Assembly: GCF_006345805.1 (NCBI RefSeq)
Contig: NC_043009.1
Span: 42,780,001-42,844,000, forward strand
DNA from: Octopus sinensis
Taxonomy: Eukaryota
Reading direction: 5' to 3'
Length of the DNA stretch: 64,000 nucleotides
The notes beneath the pieces were generated by a model. It saw nothing but the letters and a program-made list of their open reading frames with translations, had not been told where the DNA came from and did not search any database. Shown in pieces: positions 49,015-63,656 of the stretch; within the stretch, counting starts at the first letter, position 1, and the number at the start of each line of letters is the position of its first letter. Both the position numbers and the translations under genes were made by a program.

Positions 49015-49850
49015 CACATGTTGGATTTCTTTCAGTTTCGTCTCTACCAAATAAACACACGAGGCTTTTTGCTGGCCCAGGGCACTATAGTAAAAGGCAT
49101 TTGGCCAATGCAGTGTACAGTAGGGATGAACCCCAAACTACAAGGTTACAAAGCAAAATTCTCAACCCCATGGCCATCCCTCCGCAACGTATCTTTTTTC
49201 TTTTCTTTGTTTTGGTCATTAGACTGCGGCCATGCTGGAGCACTGTCTTGAAGAATTTTTAGTCGAATATATCAACTCCATTACTTTTTATCCTGTTTTT
49301 CTAAGCATGGTACTTATTCTATCGATCTCTTTTGACAAACTGCTAAGTTACAGAGACTAAACACACCCACACCAGTTGTCAAATGGTGGAGCAGGGACAA
49401 ACGCAGACTCAATTACAAACATATATATATATATATATGTCTGTATACACACATACACATATATACGACTCACAAGGTATCGGTCGGCCCAAGACTGCAA
49501 TAAATAACACTTGCCCAAGATGCCACCCGATAGGACTGAACCCGGAACCATGTGGTTGGGAAGTATGCTTCTTACTACACAGCCACACCTGTGCCGACAT
49601 CAAATATACAAAAATATATAACATTTACTCTCTTTTACTTGTTTCAGTCATTTGACTGTGGCCATATTGGAGCACCGCTTTTGGTCGAGCAAATCGACCC
49701 TAGGACTTATTCTTTATAAGCCTAGTACTTATTCTATCAGTTGCTTTTGCTGAACTGCTAAGTTACGGGGACGTAAACACAACACAACAGCATCGGTTTC
49801 AAGCGATGTTGTGGGGACGAACACACAGACACACAAACATATACCCACGT
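49015..49850 (-). mobile_element. cluster of three family-C SINE copies or fragments in the same orientation
   Basis: Repeated head, CORE-like and tail segments. Confidence 0.8.
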
Positions 49851-49868
49851 ACATGTATATATTATATA

Positions 49869-49912
<44 letters not shown>

Positions 49913-50156
49913 CACAGCACGGATTTTTGTCAGTGAACAGGTCGCGGTCTTATAGCGACGAAATATTTTGACAATTAAACTTAAATGTTGAAGTGAATCG
50001 AACGGCTTTGTGTGTGTTTTCTTAAATGGTTTACAAACACCTTCCACGGCTGCAATTGTTTTCGTTCAGCACACGATCTCAGATCAAATCACATGCTAGC
50101 AAGTACATCTCCGTAATATATATATATATATAATATATATATATATATATTATATA

Positions 50157-50206
<50 letters not shown>

Positions 50207-50374
50207 CACTTGCCCAAGTGCCACCGCAGTGGGATGAACCCGAACCATGTGGTTCGTAAGCAAGCTACTTACCACACAGCTACGCCTTTTTTTGTTTTTT
50301 GTTTTTTTTTTCTCGTTTTACTTTTATTTTTCGGTGCCACCAAACTGTATATTTCTCTCACCTGCTGCTTCTAG

Positions 50375-50416
50375 CTCATGTCAAGCTGTTTATAAAAATG
50401 AAGTCGGAAGTCAAAG
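50375..50416 (+). CDS. candidate 42-nt exon (phase 2-2: SCQAVYKNEVGSQ; a phase 1-1 reading is also open)
   Basis: atttctctcacctgctgcttctag| acceptor and AAG|gtgaga donor. Confidence 0.35.
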
Positions 50417-50834
50417 GTGAGATGTTCTGTTGTCACTCTAACTAGAAATATTAATTGTTTCTGGTGGTTACCTTAGCAAGAATACCTTGTATCACATATT
50501 GTTAGGATAAGCTTAGGTTTCTTTATGCAGAAGCGAACAAAACATTTTATTTAAAGAAATGAATTGCTTATTTCAAAACCTTAAAAATTTAATCTATCTC
50601 CATGCTAATCTGGTATTGCCTAGAAAGTAATTAGAATAATTAAATAATTAAAGGTGAAGTAGAGGGTAGTGCGGACTGTTGGGCGAGAAGGGTGTAAACT
50701 GTTCCGGCTGAAACTTTAAAATCTCCTGAATGGAAACTCAATGAAGAAATATATAAAAGATATGCAAATTAGTTTCTCATCTCTAGAAAATGTTATTAAT
50801 CAAGATCCACCTTTGACGCAAAGTTCGACCATTT

Positions 50835-51690
50835 TAATAATGCTGGTGTTGGTGCTGGTGGTGATGGTGGTGATGATAATAACGACGATGACGATGAAGA
50901 TGGTTGTGGTAGAGGTGGTGGTAGTGGTGGCAGCAGTGATGATGATGATGATGATAATGATGATGATGATGATGATGATGAGGATGATGCCGATGTTGAC
51001 AATAAGGATGACAATGATAAGGATGATGATGATCGTCATTGCAATGGTACTGATGGTGATGATGATGATGATGACGATAACAACCATGGTGGTGGTGGTG
51101 GTGGTAGGGATGATAAGGATGATGATGATTGTAATAGTAGTGGTGACAGTGATGACGATCACTATGTTGTCGATAACGATGGTGATGCAGATGATGATGG
51201 TGGTGGTGGTGGTGGTGGTGGTGGTGGTGGTGGTGGTGGTGGTGGTAGCGATAATGGCGTTAATAATATTGACAATGATGATGATGACGACGATGATGAT
51301 GGTGATAGAGCGTTACACTGACCAAGTGCCATGTTACAGCAACTCTAAAGTTTCAATTGTGATGCTAAATTTTCTGCTTTCACCCTTTAGTAATATAAGT
51401 GACATAGATTGATTATATCCAAAGGTGATATTTGGTATTGGGGTGGTGGTGGTGCTGCTGGTGGTGGCGGTAGTGGTGGTGGTGGTGGGAGTAGTGGGGG
51501 TTTGTTACAGCATTGGCAATGGCCACATTGGTGGTAGTGGTGGTAGTAGTGGTGATGATGGTGGTAGTGATGATAGTGGTGATATTAGCGGTGTTGGCAA
51601 CGGTAAAGGGGGTGATAGGAGGGAATCGTAGTGGAGATGGGTGATGACGGCGGTGGTAGTATAAAAGTAGTGGTGGTGGTGGTGGTGGAG
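50835..51690. repeat. GAT/GGT-rich degenerate trinucleotide tract (source of the 223-aa poly-M/V ORF)
   Basis: Direct inspection. Confidence 0.92.
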
Positions 51691-51789
51691 GTATTGAATG
51701 AATCTGTGAAAAAAAATGACAAAGATAAACTGCTTATTTCATTCTTTAATTTTGTTTCTCTCAAGTCCTGAATTCAAATTCTTTCCTGA

Positions 51790-52358
51790 GTGAGAACTTG
51801 ATGAAGACTCCAATTCTTCGGGTTCCACAGATGCGTTCGCTTTCATCAAATGTCCTCCTTCAAATGCTTCAAAACATCACAGTAGAACTCTCGATTGATA
51901 GTCTAGCCCTTGGGAATGAATTCTCGATTTTGTACAATACCACATTTCCAGGGGGTGTCCCTACGTTGCAGGTCTTCCAGATTGCTCATCGTCTTCCAAG
52001 AACTTCTCCCGCCTTTGAAGAACCCGTGCCACTCGAAACATTACGTACAACCCATTGCCTGGTTGCTGTAAGCCTGCTGAAGCATGCTCAATGTCTTTGT
52101 AGCAGACTTCCCAAGCCTAATGCAAAATTTCTCGTTGGCTTTTTTGCTCTTGTCCATGACAAAAAAATCGCAGACAACAGCATTACACATGATCACAAAA
52201 ACACAAACTTCACAACTTGCGAAGTAAATACAAGTGATGTCACTCGACACGTTGCCTCATGAATGTCACTGCTACCTCTCACTGTGCATGCAGTCATGTG
52301 CTACCATCTGTTGGGGCGCAACCGAACTAGTTTGGGAACTTTTTGATACTACCTCGTA
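51790..52358 (-). mobile_element. mariner 5' half (TIR plus N-terminal HTH), decayed
   Basis: TA-CGAGGTAGTATCAAAAAGTTCCC terminus at 52358; EKFCIRLGKSATKTLSMLQQAYSNQAMG...CFEWHGFFKGGRSS. Confidence 0.85.
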
Positions 52359-52905
52359 TCATTGCAAGAACATATCCAAAATAAGATAATTCAAGAACAA
52401 AACGGTGTGAATGACATGATCTTAGACTGTCAAAATAAAAAGCACAAGTTTCACTGAACCAGACACCATGTGATCGGTGTCTGGTCAGTGCATTTCTGGT
52501 CTTTCTCGACCAGCCGCCGTCTAGGCTGTTCACCTTTGCCTATTCTCTTGCTCAGTCTGTTAGACTTTCATTTCTCATTTGCGCCAGCCTACTACGGTCG
52601 TCTGATAGTCCAGAGACCCTTTCTGTTATTTATTCATGCTGTAAATATTTATATATATATATTTTCCCATTTGTTGAATAGCTGAATGCTAGGACATTCC
52701 GGACATTGACTGACGATGAAATCGGCTGAAAATGGTCCGTATATCTTGTTTTTGTTATGTTATCGTCTAGTTTTCCACGTTTTTTTTTGTTGGATTTCTG
52801 CTTGCTGTGTTCTCTCCTTGTTGTGTTCTTTCGGCTGAACCTTTGATTCATATATATTAGAGTGTTTGACAGACAGATAGATAGAGAGATAAAGCGATAG
52901 AAAGT

Positions 52906-52945
<40 letters not shown>

Positions 52946-53519
52946 ATTTGTGTCAGAGACAGAGTAACCAATTTATCAAAACAGAATTAGTTACAAATTT
53001 CAATCAATGTTACTGGTATGATAGAAGACATAAATCTTGTTGGAAGATTCTTTACCAAATATTACAAAGAATTTCTTTTTTGGTAAAATGTTGGATGATA
53101 GAATTTATACAAAATCCAGTGCTATAAAAGTGTCAAAGACTGGATTAATGATAATGGCAGAAATTATGACATTTATTCCTTAACACAGACAATTCGTATT
53201 TGAGAACAATGCAAGAATTTATTCTTCAATTATGTATATGAGAGCAAAAATGCTTACCGAATTTTTTTTTTTTTTTTTTTGTAAAAGCAATATCCATTTT
53301 TGAATCACAATAATTCACACAAACGATGAAGAGAAATGATGAAGAGACAATTCAATATTTCAAACTAATAAGGATGCAGTCATGGTTGTGTGGTTAAGAA
53401 TCTTGTTTTCTTACTTCATGGTTTTGGATTCAGTTTCAGTGCCCGGCACATTTGACGATAGTTTTCTACTACAGCCTCGGTCTTACCAATACTTTGTAAA
53501 CAAAATTCTTCATCATTGT

Positions 53520-53700
53520 CGTCATCGTTTAACATCCATCTCCCATGCTGGCATGGGATGGATGGTTTGGCAGGAGCTGGCCAGCCAGGAGCCTGCATCA
53601 GGCTTCTGTGCCTGTTTTGGCAGGGTTTTTATGGTTGGATGCCCTTCCTAACACCAACCACCCAGCAGAGTGGACTGAATGCTTTTTACATGGCATGAGT
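53520..53700 (-). mobile_element. retroposon 3' end with ggatgcccttcctaac.ccaacc motif (RTE-associated by recall); second copy at about 58820-58950
   Basis: Two copies in the window; taaacgatgac-type tail on the minus strand. Confidence 0.55.
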
Positions 53701-53749
53701 ACATGTGAGGTCAGTTAGAGCGTTTGTACCAAGCTTTGAAGAAAAAAAA

Positions 53750-54146
53750 GACCCATTTTAGTGAATTGAAAAGGAGTGATGTTTCATCAGGACAATGCAT
53801 GACCCCACATTGCGAAGATCACGTCACAGAAGATTGAAGAGCTTGGTTAAAAAAAATTCTTCATCTATCTTATTCTCCCGACCTTGCTCGTTCATAGTTA
53901 ACAAAATCATTTGGGCAACATAACCATCACATACCAAGGGGAGGTCGAAACTGACATTTCAGATTTCTTCGCATTGAAACCAAAAGAGTTTTACATTGAT
54001 GAGATTAAAATGCTTGTAAATAGATGGAAGGAAGTCATAGATAATCAGGGAAAGTATATTTATGATTAAATTTCAATTAAATATAACATTTGATCATTTG
54101 TTTTCTTTATTCATAATTTGGACAAAACTTATTCGATGACCTGATA
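53750..54146 (+). mobile_element. mariner 3' half (catalytic C-terminus plus TIR), decayed
   Basis: GVMFHQDNA*PH, SYSPDLA, FFALKPKEFYIDEIKMLVNRWKEVIDNQGKYI; ends aacttattcgatgacctga-TA. Confidence 0.88.
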
Positions 54147-54174
54147 TATGTGTATGTATGTGAGTGTATCTATA

Positions 54175-54229
<55 letters not shown>

Positions 54230-54344
54230 ATACATATATGTATATATATGCGTGTGCGTATATACATGTATGCATGTGTGTGTATATATATATCTTGGTG
54301 ACAATAAAAGTGGAAGTTGCAATTCTAACTGCCTCTTTGGTTAG

Positions 54345-54427
54345 ACACATGCAACACATTTGCATAGGCACCCATACATTCGAAATAAGGAGCAAGTGCA
54401 ACATAGTACACAATAAAGCAATGCTAG
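54345..54427 (+). CDS. weak candidate exon [27 protein letters not shown] (phase 2 to 1)
   Basis: ctaac branch-like site, tgcctctttggttag| acceptor, CTAG|gtagga donor; only the phase-2 frame is open. Confidence 0.2.
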
Positions 54428-54794
54428 GTAGGAAAACATTAGCAGACAATACTTCCATACTTAACAGAATTCACCACAGAAGAAGACTGATTGTGAAAGA
54501 AATACTAATACAGGTGCACAAAGCTACATTTAGCATATAGCATACACATGTCACGACTTTCTGACAGTAAAGTTATGTCAAGAAAATCTGTATTCAGGTG
54601 CAGGCGTGGCTGTGTGGTAAGGAGCTTGCTGCCCAAGCACTTGGTTCTGGGTTCAGTCCCATTGTGTGGCGCTTTGAGCAAGTGACTTGTACTATAGCTT
54701 TGGGATGACCAAAGCCTTGCGAATGGAATTGGAAGACAGAAAATGAAAGAAGCCCATTGCATATATATATGTGTGTGTGTGTATATTTAAGAGT

Positions 54795-54972
54795 GAAGGT
54801 GTATGATGCAGTGGTTAGAGCGTCGAGCTTATGATTGTGAGGTTGTGAGTTCAAATCCCAGACCAGGCTGCATGTTGTGTTCCCGAGCAAGACCCTTTAT
54901 TTCACGTTGCTCCAGTTCACTCAGCTGTAGAAATGAGTTGCAACATCACTGGTACCAAACTGTATCAGCCCC
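54795..54972 (+). mobile_element. third-family SINE 5' half, cut by the assembly gap
   Basis: tgcagtggttagag A-box, gagttcaaatccc B-box; body matches 27444-27705. Confidence 0.8.
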
Positions 54973-55072
54973 NNNNNNNNNNNNNNNNNNNNNNNNNNNN
55001 NNNNNNNNNNNNNNNNNNNNNNNNNNNNNNNNNNNNNNNNNNNNNNNNNNNNNNNNNNNNNNNNNNNNNNNN
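54973..55072. other. assembly gap (100 N; true size unknown)
   Basis: Run of exactly 100 n. Confidence 0.99.
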
Positions 55073-55307
55073 AATTTAAAATTAATTTATAAAGGAAAAG
55101 ACACATACAATGCATATATCTAATTTTAAATTTTTTTCTTAAATCATTACTCTTTTACTTGTTTCAGTCATTTGACTGCGGCCATACTGGAGCACCGCCT
55201 TTAGTCGAGCAACTCGACCCCAGGACTTATTCTTTTGGAAGCCCAGTACTTATTCTATCGATCTCTTTTGCCGAACCGCTAAGTAACAAGGACATAAACA
55301 CACCAGC

Positions 55308-55368
<61 letters not shown>

Positions 55369-55402
55369 CATACACATTCACACATATATATGTATATATG
55401 TA

Positions 55403-55449
<47 letters not shown>

Positions 55450-55681
55450 ATATGTGTGGTGTGTGTGTGTGTGTTAAATAAAATGAGACAACAAAACCAA
55501 GGCTGTGTGGAATTTTCAGGACACTTATAAAGAAAAAGATAATCTTACAGCTTTTTTTTTATTCTCTCACCATTTTTTTCTCTTATTCCTTTCTGTCGAA
55601 GTCCATAGGCTCAAAACATAAATGTCTTTTCCATTTTTCTCAAGTGTCAAACTAATACACCTGCTTGCTGTTCCTATACCT

Positions 55682-55911
55682 ATTTCTTTATTACCCACAA
55701 GGGGCTAAACACAGAGGGGACAAACAAGGACAGACATAGGTATTAAGTCGATTACATCGACCCAGTGCATAACTGGTACTTAATTTATCGACCCCGAAAG
55801 TATGAAAGGCAAAGTCGACCTTGACGGAATTTGAACTCACAACGTAACGGAGATGAAATACCGCTAAGCATTTCGCCCGGCGTGCTAATGTATCTGCCAG
55901 CTCACCGCCTT
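55682..55911 (-). mobile_element. family-N SINE, full-length tail-A monomer with 11-bp TSD, inserted into a PLE-type end
   Basis: ttcctatacct at 55671-55681 and 55912-55922; the joined flanks match 23825-23950 (-). Confidence 0.92.
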
Positions 55912-56715
55912 TTCCTATACCTGTCTTCTTCTTTTGTTTTTCTATAAATTTGAACTATATATATATACATATATGATGGGCTTTTTCCCTTTCTGTCTAC
56001 CAAATCCTCTCACAAGGCTTTGGCAAGCCTGGGGCTATTACAGAAGCCACTTTTCTCAAGGTGCCATTCCATGGGACAGAACCCAAAACCATGTAGTTGG
56101 GAAGTAAACATCTTAACCACACAGCCATGCTTGTTAATATAGTGAAAACTACACTTCACTGAGGAGGACTAATAAGGTGTAACTATACCTGGAGTTCTCT
56201 CACTTAATTACCAAAAATACTTAGACAATATTAGCAGTTGATTTAATGAATATATTTGCATCACTGTATATGTATTTAATTAAATATTTTATACCCACCA
56301 CATTAGATATATTAACATTAGCATTAACAATATACTTTCATTCACAGTCGTTTACTGGAGTCCAGTGAGACCTTTTAATGCTAAACTCAGCACCACCCTA
56401 TGGAGACCAGTTTTCAAGTGAGACAGAAAGTAAACTGTGAAATATTATTATAGTCCTACAAAACACAGCAAACAGACATTGCTTTTCAACTTGCACATAA
56501 ACAGCAAGCCAGAAAAATCACTAAATCAACAGGCATAGCACTTGGTGACAAAAAGTGACAGCCAAAAAAGCTGTTCTTATTGACAGAACACATTGTCTAT
56601 GTTGACACACGTATGTTCGTACACACACATACGTACATACATACATAGATCATACATGTGTGCACATAAAAATATTTGTTGTGTGCACACATTCATGCAT
56701 ACCTATATGTATGAC

Positions 56716-56748
<33 letters not shown>

Positions 56749-56766
56749 GATATATATATATATATC

Positions 56767-56808
<42 letters not shown>

Positions 56809-57249
56809 ATATATAGATAGATATAGATAGATAGCATAGATAGATACATACATACATACATAATACATATACATGCATACATACAAACATACTTATTATG
56901 TACACACTCACAAACAACATATATTTGCATATGCAGATATATAGACATGAGATAAATATACATGTATATGTTGTGTGTTTGATATATATATACATATATA
57001 TATATATATTATACTATTATAATATATATACAATATGTATACATGCATATATATATACACACGCATACATAAACATATATGTATACATACATATATATAT
57101 ATATATATACACACACATACACACACATTTATATGTATACGCACACAAACATCATACACACATACATGTATATATGTCCACATATACATACATATATATG
57201 TGTGCATGTGTGTGTGTGTATACAGACAGAGAGAGATATAGTATGAAAG

Positions 57250-57311
<62 letters not shown>

Positions 57312-57648
57312 GTAGATTGATTTGTGAGTAAGTGGATGTTTGTGTGTATACATATATATGTCATTCATTCATATATTTACACACAAAGAAGTATGAGTCG
57401 TGTAAGGGCAGGGACACTGTGAAAGCTTGGAAAACGTTTCCTTGAAAAGACAAAAAGAATAAGCATATTTGTAAACACTACTTTAAATCCATTAGGTTTC
57501 TATGGAAATAATGGCTGTTAAACACAAAAATACACATATACAATTATACACATACATTCACACTCACACATACACAAACGCACAAAACCGTATTTATATA
57601 TACACACACATACATATATATATATATATATGTTTGTATATATATATG

Positions 57649-57680
<32 letters not shown>

Positions 57681-57691
57681 TATCTCCTCAT

Positions 57692-57743
<52 letters not shown>

Positions 57744-59364
57744 CCTCATACACATACATATATGTATATATAAACATGCTCATAAATATGCATGCATATG
57801 CACACACACTCATACATGTTGGTATCCTAAAATATAAACCTGTTTATATTGTTTTTCTTTAGGAGTAAACGACTATTATAAGCTGTAATATTTTTTTCTT
57901 ATTGTTTACTCTGTTGCATGAGCCTTTGACAGCTAGCCTCTTCGTGGTCAATCAGTCCACCAGAAATATTAACTGAATCTCTATTTAATCATACCCTAAC
58001 TGCTTTAAGAAAAAGAACGGTTACTGATAGATTCAATATGCATGACCAATAAGAAGACAGGATAATAATTATTAATATTATTATACTTTTTATCATCATT
58101 CGTTCCTTGGATCAAGAATAACCCAAGCTGAGCAATCACAAAGACAACAGCTGTTCTGCTATTTAATGTCAAGTAACACTCACTGGGTCATCAAAGAAAG
58201 GAAATTTGGTGAGAACTAGTAATAGGTGCCAGTATCAGAGCTTCCTATCAAGGCGATGGAACTTCTGTATTAATTATTAAAATGGTTTCTGCTGGCACTA
58301 ATTCTTTCAAATTTTGACACAAGATCAGCAAATTTTGAAATTGACTGGTACCTTAACTTATTGACTCTGAAAGGATGAAGAATATTGTTGACTCCAGTGG
58401 AATTTGAACTCAGAACATAAAGCAACAGATGAGATATTACAAAACATATTTTTGTGACATGCTAAAATTTTACCAGCTCAAAAAGAAACCTAGAACTCTT
58501 TTGAGAATCATGATTTTGAATGTAGCGCCAAAGGTGCCTGAATCTCCTCAGTCAAATCTGCCAGGGCCAACTACCAGAATTTGCTCCTATCATGCCTGTA
58601 AATTCATTTGATTCATCGAACACCATTGAAACAAAAAAATTGCACGAAATTATTTATACATTCATTTCTTCTACAGGAATTTGTGATTCTTCTGTGGCTT
58701 AGAAGTATTTTGACTTTGATTTTCAGTTAAGCAGGTGCTTATATAGTACTCTAGTTTATATATATATATATATACACATATATATAATATATATTTTATT
58801 AATTTATGTATGTATGCTTCTGTGTTTGTTTTGGCATGGTTTTTATGGCTGGATGTCCTTCCTAACACCAACCACTCTGTAGAGTGGGCTGAGTGCTTTT
58901 CACATGGCACCAGCACAGGTGAGGTCGGTTTTGGCAAGGTTTTTACAGCTGAATGCAATTACTTAATTTTAGAATAACATTGCAGGGTAGATATGAGAGG
59001 CCAGATGTGACTGGTTTCGATATAAAACAGATTGAATATCTTGGCTGGATATGGCTGGTTTAAATGCTAAACAGTTAAGTCACCTACAAGTATATATTTT
59101 GTTGTTACAATTAATTCTTGAATTGAATTTGAGTACTGAATATGGTAATGTGCTTATATAAATTGGAAAAAAAAACTAATCATGACTAGAATATTAATCA
59201 AATCACATCCATAATTATGAACTTTTATTAACCCAAAAGAAAGGGAAGCATTTAGTCTTTAAATCGATAATTCAAATATATAAAAAACATTTTTTAAATA
59301 TTATATTTGACTACTTAGTTATCCTCCCTTCAATCTACAATAATTCTTCAGAAATTTAATCTGT

Positions 59365-59585
59365 TTAACCTTTTTGCTACCATATTTCCATAGAAGCTCA
59401 CAGCTTTTGTTTCAATTAATTTTGAAAATAATGAAGAATTTAGGAAAATAAATTTTGTCATTATTAAGCTGGTGTTTAGAATATAATTTAACATGAAATT
59501 TTGATCGAAGGTTTAAATTTGGATCTTTTCAAATCAGGGAATTTGTATCATAGAACAAGAGATGCTTTGACATTGGAAAGGTTAA
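59365..59585. mobile_element. piggyBac-type non-autonomous element (MITE)
   Basis: TTAA at 59365-59368 and 59582-59585 flanking cctttt...gaaagg ends; only short TIR similarity remains. Confidence 0.5.
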
Positions 59586-59865
59586 ATATTAACATAATCT
59601 AATTAGTTCAAACTTTATAAACAAATTTAACTGATACTTATAACATTTCTTAGATACAACATTCTGTATCTCTTTCATATTTCTCATAATTTTTTCCTTA
59701 CTTTTGTCTCTGTTGCTCTTTTCTAATTCTTACCCCTCTACTATTTCTCTTCCATTTCATCTAATTTTCACCAACCAACTCGTATCATCATCTCCCAGCA
59801 TCATAATTCTTTTGTAGCTTTTGTTTACTTTCTGCTCATTGTTTTATGATATATTTACTTATAGA

Positions 59866-60018
59866 GGTGCAGGCATGGCTATGTGATAAGAAGCTTGCTT
59901 CCAAACCACATGGTTCTGGGTTCAGTCCCACTATATTGCAACTTTGGCAAGTGTTTTCTACTAGAGCCTCAGTCCAACCAAAGCCTTGTGAGTGAATCTG
60001 TTTGATGAAAGTCCATCG

Positions 60019-60071
<53 letters not shown>

Positions 60072-60290
60072 CTGTGTGTGCATCTGTATTTGTCTCCCAA
60101 TCACAAATTTACAACCAGTGTTGGTGTGTTTACGTCCCCGTAACTTAGCAGTTTGGCAGAGACCAATAGAATAAGTACTAGGCATTAAAAAACAAGGCCT
60201 GGGGTCAATTATTTTGACTAAAACACTTCAAGGCAGTGCTCCAGCATGGCCACAGTCAAATGACTGAAATGAGTAAAAGACTAAAAGAAA
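59866..60290 (+). mobile_element. family-C SINE, full length
   Basis: Head to gagtaaaagactaaaag tail. Confidence 0.85.
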
Positions 60291-60627
60291 AAGACTACAT
60301 ATTTCTGAAGAGTTATGTTCATGGTGAAAAAATTCTGCAGCCAGGAAGAAACAATGCTTAATGAAATAAAACCATCTGCCTTCTAAACGTATTGGGACAT
60401 TTCCTGAAATTGGCTGCTGTTGAGCATGTGTTTAGGTACGTCTGATAACAATAATTCTTTCTAATATAGGCTCAAGACCTGAAAGTTTGTGGGAAGAAGC
60501 TAAGCAATTACATTGACCCCAGTGCTTAGCTGGTACTTATTTTATCGACACGCAAAAGGATTAACAATAAACTTGCCCCCAGCTTATATTCGAGCTAAGA
60601 ATATATATATATATATATATATATATT

Positions 60628-60948
60628 ACTCTTTTACTCTTTTACTTGTTTCAGTCATTTGACTGCGGCCATGCTGGAGCACCACATTTAGTCGAACAAA
60701 TTCTTTGTAAGCCTAGTACTTATTCTATCGGTCTCTTTTGCTGAACCGCTAAGTGACGGGGACATAAACACACCAGCATCGGTTGTCAAGCAATGCTAGG
60801 GAGACAAACACAGACACAAACACATACACACATATACATATATATATATATACATATATACGACAGGCTTCTTTCATTTTACATCTACCAAATCCACTCA
60901 CAAGGCTTTGGTCAGCCCAGGGCTATAGCAGAAGACACTTGCCCAAGA
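60628..60948 (-). mobile_element. family-C SINE, 5'-truncated
   Basis: Tail tactcttttactcttttacttgtttcagtc through gacacttgcccaag. Confidence 0.85.
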
Positions 60949-62136
60949 TCTGATGGGTTTCTTTCAGAATGTATGTGTATGTAAACTGTGATTAAGCTAG
61001 GATGGTGCCTTGAAAGGTTTAGTCGAACCAATCAACACCAGTAATCATTTTTACATTTTAAAATCTGGTTTTCATTTCACTGACCTCTTTTGCTGCACCA
61101 CTAAGTTACAGGGACATAATTAAACCAGCACTAGTTCTCAATCAATGGTTGAACACGCACACACACACACAGAGGCACATACAGACACACACTCAGTTTC
61201 TGATCTGACTTCTCAGCCATGGCTGAAAGCGAGCTATGTTTTAAGTCATTTCAGATTCCGTAGTTAATATGTGCTCGAAACAACCTGTTTCCTGATATCT
61301 TACAGAAACACAGTGTGACATAAAACTACAGATTCGTTCGTTGTAGTCGTTTCTTTCAAGTTGTATTGAAAAATTGCTTTTCATTCTATTTTGTTTTGTT
61401 TTTCTGAACAGTTTAATAACCCAGACCCACAGAAATTCACAAGAGACCTTCTGTAAAATAAAATCTCTTGAGATAAACAGGAAATCACAAAAGAAGCAAG
61501 CAAAACAAACTCTATGAAGAAGAGGAATTAGTTAAAAGACAAAATACTTATTATTCTTATTTCTGCTGGTAAGTTGCAAAAACCCAGAGAATCACAGCAT
61601 GTATCACAGACCATATTGTTTTGATGATGGAATTAAACTGAATAATTCTTCAAATCTTCAGTGATGATTGCGATGATGATGGCGGTGGTGGCGGTGGTGG
61701 TGTGGTGGTGGTGGTGGTGGGGATGCTCAATTACAAGAGCAGTCTTCTCTTCAATTTATCGTTCATTCACTTTACCCCTTTCTACATCATTTCACATTTA
61801 TATGTAAATATATATATATATACATACATATATATTTATATATATATTACATATATATATACATATATATACATAATATATATACATATATATATATACA
61901 TATATATAATATATATATACATATAATATATATATATATATATGTACATACATTATATATATTTATATGTATATGTATTCATGTATGTGAAATATAATAT
62001 ATATACTGTAAATGTATATATATATATACATGAATACATATATGTGTATATGTAAATGTATATATAAATATATGTGTTTGGACACACAAGTATATGTATG
62101 ATCATGTATATATATATATATATTATATGTATGTAC

Positions 62137-62168
<32 letters not shown>

Positions 62169-62543
62169 GTATAGATACATACATACATATGATGATGATA
62201 ATGGTAATAATGATAATATGTGTATGTGTCTGTGTAGACTTTTATATGGCTATATACATATGTATGTATGTATGTATATATGTATGTATACACATCTTCT
62301 GTGTATACATTCTGTACAGAATGAATCCCCATTTTGTTTGCATATTTTCATAGCCCCATTTCCTTACCCTTTTATCATAATTTATTCATGTTCTGATGTA
62401 AACTTTAGAAATATTTTCTCACGTTTACTGAACTAAAGTTCCTTTATGTTGTTCTTCTTCCCTTTATTCTTATTCTTTTTTATTCATTGTATGAATGAAA
62501 ATGTGTGTATTTTTCTATGTTTATTGTTATAGATGTGTGTGTG

Positions 62544-62591
<48 letters not shown>

Positions 62592-62708
62592 ATATATATC
62601 ACAAATGTACATATATAATATACACATATATAAACAGATAGCCAGATAGGTAGATAAGCAACATATATGTGTATATATTCATACATATATATATGTGTGT
62701 GCTGCATA

Positions 62709-62745
<37 letters not shown>

Positions 62746-62847
62746 ACAATATACAAAGTATATGTGAATATACCTATTGTTTATAAACGATTATTTTTCT
62801 GTTGGTATATATATAATTTTTTCACATCTATACATATATATATATAG

Positions 62848-62892
<45 letters not shown>

Positions 62893-63352
62893 GAAGGATG
62901 ACCAGACCACTAAGTGGACATCCATTATGCTAGATGTAGACCCCATATGGTCTGACCACTAAGAAAAGATTGTTTCAATTTTTGACCCTTATTATTTAAA
63001 TATATATATATATATATAAATCTACATATGGTTATATATATATATATATATATATTGATATATATATATATATTGCATATATATATAGATATATATATAT
63101 TGCACAAATACAAATAACAGGACATAACAACAGATGTCTTTCGACTGGGTACAGGATGTCACCAACAGTGCAAATACCATGAAATACATAAAGAAATGAG
63201 TTAAATACGTAAACAATGAGAAAAAAGGGAAAATAGGACCGGTAGACACAGAGAAAGGACCCTTCATCAGTTGCTGGCTGTCTATCTACTCCTCATTTTA
63301 AGCATTATAGATATACATGTGTATATCTTTTAAATTTGTCCATGGGAATCGT

Positions 63353-63656
63353 TTTGAATATGCATATAAAGCTCCTATTCCATTATGGTGGCCACAGTCT
63401 AATGATGCTGACTAGTGAACCAGCTGTTTGGGTTCACACTGAGCTGTACCAATATAATGCATGATAAACATAGTAAGGATAATAATCCTTGCATAGCGGT
63501 GCATTAAAATATATATAAATTCAATCCAAGGATTACTATGTTTATCATGCATTATATTGGTACAGCTCAGTGCGAACCCAAACAGCTGGTTCACCGGTCA
63601 GCATCATTAGACTGTGGCCAGCATAATGGAATAGGAGCTTTATTTGCATATTCAAA
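63353..63656. repeat. long fold-back: 124-bp inverted arms (5 mismatches) around a 56-bp spacer
   Basis: 63353-63476 aligned by eye to the reverse complement of 63533-63656. Confidence 0.95.

Noticed and set aside
50741-51412. 223-aa Met/Val-rich ORF
   Set aside because: Degenerate GAT/GGT microsatellite
51766-51789. 24-nt microexon candidate (ctctcaag|...TGA|gtgaga)
   Set aside because: Lies at the edge of, and probably within, the minus-strand mariner relic
51790-54146. Idea that the mariner 5' half (-) and 3' half (+) are one rearranged element
   Set aside because: Their terminal repeats differ (CGAGGTAGTATC... versus TCAGGTCATCGAATAAG...), indicating separate families
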